A stretch of 64,000 bases of DNA from an uncultured bacterium (GTDB lineage: Bacteria > Bacillota_I > Bacilli_A > RFN20 > CAG-826): NCBI GenBank assembly GCA_949299335.1, contig CASGAD010000031.1, positions 1,075 through 65,074 on the forward strand, written 5' to 3'. A program made the translations under genes and the position numbers. This document shows, piece by piece, positions 62,832 through 64,000 of this stretch. The first letter of the stretch is position 1; the number at the start of each line of letters is the position of its first letter. The notes beneath the pieces are model-generated. The model made no database searches. It was given only the letters and a program-made list of their open reading frames with translations, and was not told the DNA's origin.

Positions 62832-63718
62832 AAAGAATATTAACTCACTTTGATTTGAAATTAATTGCAGTAATTTCAATGACATTAGACCATATAGGAA
62901 GAATGATTCTTTTGTTTTTTCCTACAAATGAAAGTTTAAGCATCTTAAGTTATATTCTTACTATTTTTGGAAGACTAGCTTTTCCAATATTTTTATTCTT
63001 AGTAATCGAAGGATTTTATCATACTAAAAATATTAAACTCTATTTTCTTAGGTTGGGCATAATGGCTCTAATCGTTTATCTAGGTTTACTTACATTGTCC
63101 TTAGTCTCTATAGATTCATTAAATATTGAGCCGTTAAAAATTGGAAATATATTTATCGATCTAATTCTTGCTTTGTTATTTGTATACTTAATAAATAAAA
63201 AGGGGCGGCTATATAAATTGCTTTTAATTCCTTTAATAGGATACTTTGTTATATTTTTATTATTACAAATAAATATATTTTCAATAAATAATAGCTTATT
63301 AAAAGCTTTGGTTTCAGGATTAGCTCCACAATATTCTTTTGTAACTCCTCTATTACTTGTTATATTTTTTGTAATCACTTTTTCATATAATTTTTATGAC
63401 ATTAAAAAACTAAATATTGTTGATAAAAATGATTTAAATTACGCATATACTCCTAGTGTTATTAAAAGAGAATACATTTACTCTTTTGCTGTTATCATTT
63501 TAATTCTTATTTTATACGCATTAACCTATGTTGAGGGATTAAATTTAAATACTGATTTGGCTTTGAATACCTATTTTATTTTCGCTATTATTCCTATTAT
63601 TCTATATAATGGCGGTATCGGTAAAAATAGCAAAATAATTCAGGGTGCATTTTATTTGTATTACCCTATATCTATTTGTATTATCTATTTAGTATTCTAT
63701 TTAATTAGTTTAATTTAA
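62828..63718 (+). CDS. TraX-like membrane protein (putative acyltransferase)
   Basis: LKLIAVISMTLDHIG, GRLAFPIF, EGFYHT, YNG, FYLYYP. Confidence 0.82.
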   Translation: MKRILTHFDLKLIAVISMTLDHIGRMILLFFPTNESLSILSYILTIFGRLAFPIFLFLVIEGFYHTKNIKLYFLRLGIMALIVYLGLLTLSLVSIDSLNIEPLKIGNIFIDLILALLFVYLINKKGRLYKLLLIPLIGYFVIFLLLQINIFSINNSLLKALVSGLAPQYSFVTPLLLVIFFVITFSYNFYDIKKLNIVDKNDLNYAYTPSVIKREYIYSFAVIILILILYALTYVEGLNLNTDLALNTYFIFAIIPIILYNGGIGKNSKIIQGAFYLYYPISICIIYLVFYLISLI

Positions 63719-63730
63719 GGAGGATAAAAT

Positions 63731-64000
63731 ATGTTAATTCATTTAGGAAATACAAATCAATTTAAAGAAATCGTCAGTAAGGGTGTCGTTTTAGTCGACT
63801 TCTTTGCAACATGGTGTGGACCATGTAGAATGTTAGGACCTGAATTAGAAAAACTTGCTGAAAAAGATCCTACAATTAACGTTGTAAAAATTGATGTTGA
63901 TGAATTTCAAGAACTTGCTGCAGAATTTAATGTAAGAGCTGTGCCTACACTTGTTTTATTTAAAGATGGCGAAGCTATTACTACTGCTTCTGGCTTTAGA
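63731..64000 (+). CDS. trxA: Thioredoxin (3' end beyond window)
   Basis: AGGAGG SD, MLIHL...VDFFATWCGPCRML...VRAVPTL. Confidence 0.93.
   Translation, partial: MLIHLGNTNQFKEIVSKGVVLVDFFATWCGPCRMLGPELEKLAEKDPTINVVKIDVDEFQELAAEFNVRAVPTLVLFKDGEAITTASGFR

Noticed and set aside
318-63378. Many short antisense or out-of-frame ORFs in the ORF track (e.g. 7767-8066, 13187-13549, 21362-21709, 49226-49654)
   Set aside because: They are shadows of well-conserved genes, with no recognisable motifs or RBS.
62828-63718. TraX-like gene as a sign of a conjugative element
   Set aside because: No relaxase, T4SS, integrase or att repeats nearby. TraX-like proteins are common chromosomal genes in Firmicutes.
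1-64000. Mycoplasma-type code (TGA=Trp, table 4)
   Set aside because: TGA ends several full-length genes (3844, 31180, 32642, 56897, 62831), long ORFs are uninterrupted, and conserved Trp residues use TGG.
1-64000. CRISPR arrays, IS elements, prophage, defence islands
   Set aside because: No regularly spaced repeats and no transposase, integrase, phage or restriction genes. Intergenic spaces are all short, about 200 bp or less.

Overview
AT-rich (roughly 30% GC by eye), gene-dense core chromosomal segment of a reduced-genome Bacilli (Firmicutes) bacterium. Gene order and motifs suggest the uncultured Mollicutes-related gut lineages (RFN20/RF39-like; this is inference). It holds the conserved cysS-rlmB-sigH-like-rpmG-secE-nusG-rplKA-rplJL-rsmC-rpoBC-(sdaA)-rpsL-rpsG-fusA-tuf block, trpS, gltX, ispD/ispF, pgi, fba, rpoE, ychF, uvrA, lgt, typA, cls, pepP, three MacB/FtsX-type ABC systems, several HAD hydrolases and a 5-tRNA operon (Val-Tyr-Gln-Lys-Leu). 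I see no mobile elements, prophage or CRISPR. Main finding: evidence for a non-standard genetic code in which CGG is read as Trp rather than Arg. My manual scan found only 7 in-frame CGG codons. None is at a conserved Arg; one is at the conserved Trp of an M3 oligoendopeptidase motif, and others fit aromatic or Trp contexts. CGA, CGT, AGA and AGG still mark conserved Arg, and TGA is still stop. Secondary findings: at least 8 genes look leaderless (-10 box 6-7 nt before ATG, no SD), a palindromic bidirectional promoter, an inverted copy of the rpsL leader motif, a nonsense-interrupted ppaX-like gene in a locus lacking hprK, an N-terminally extended Lgt, and an ABC ATPase with an LSGRE signature.
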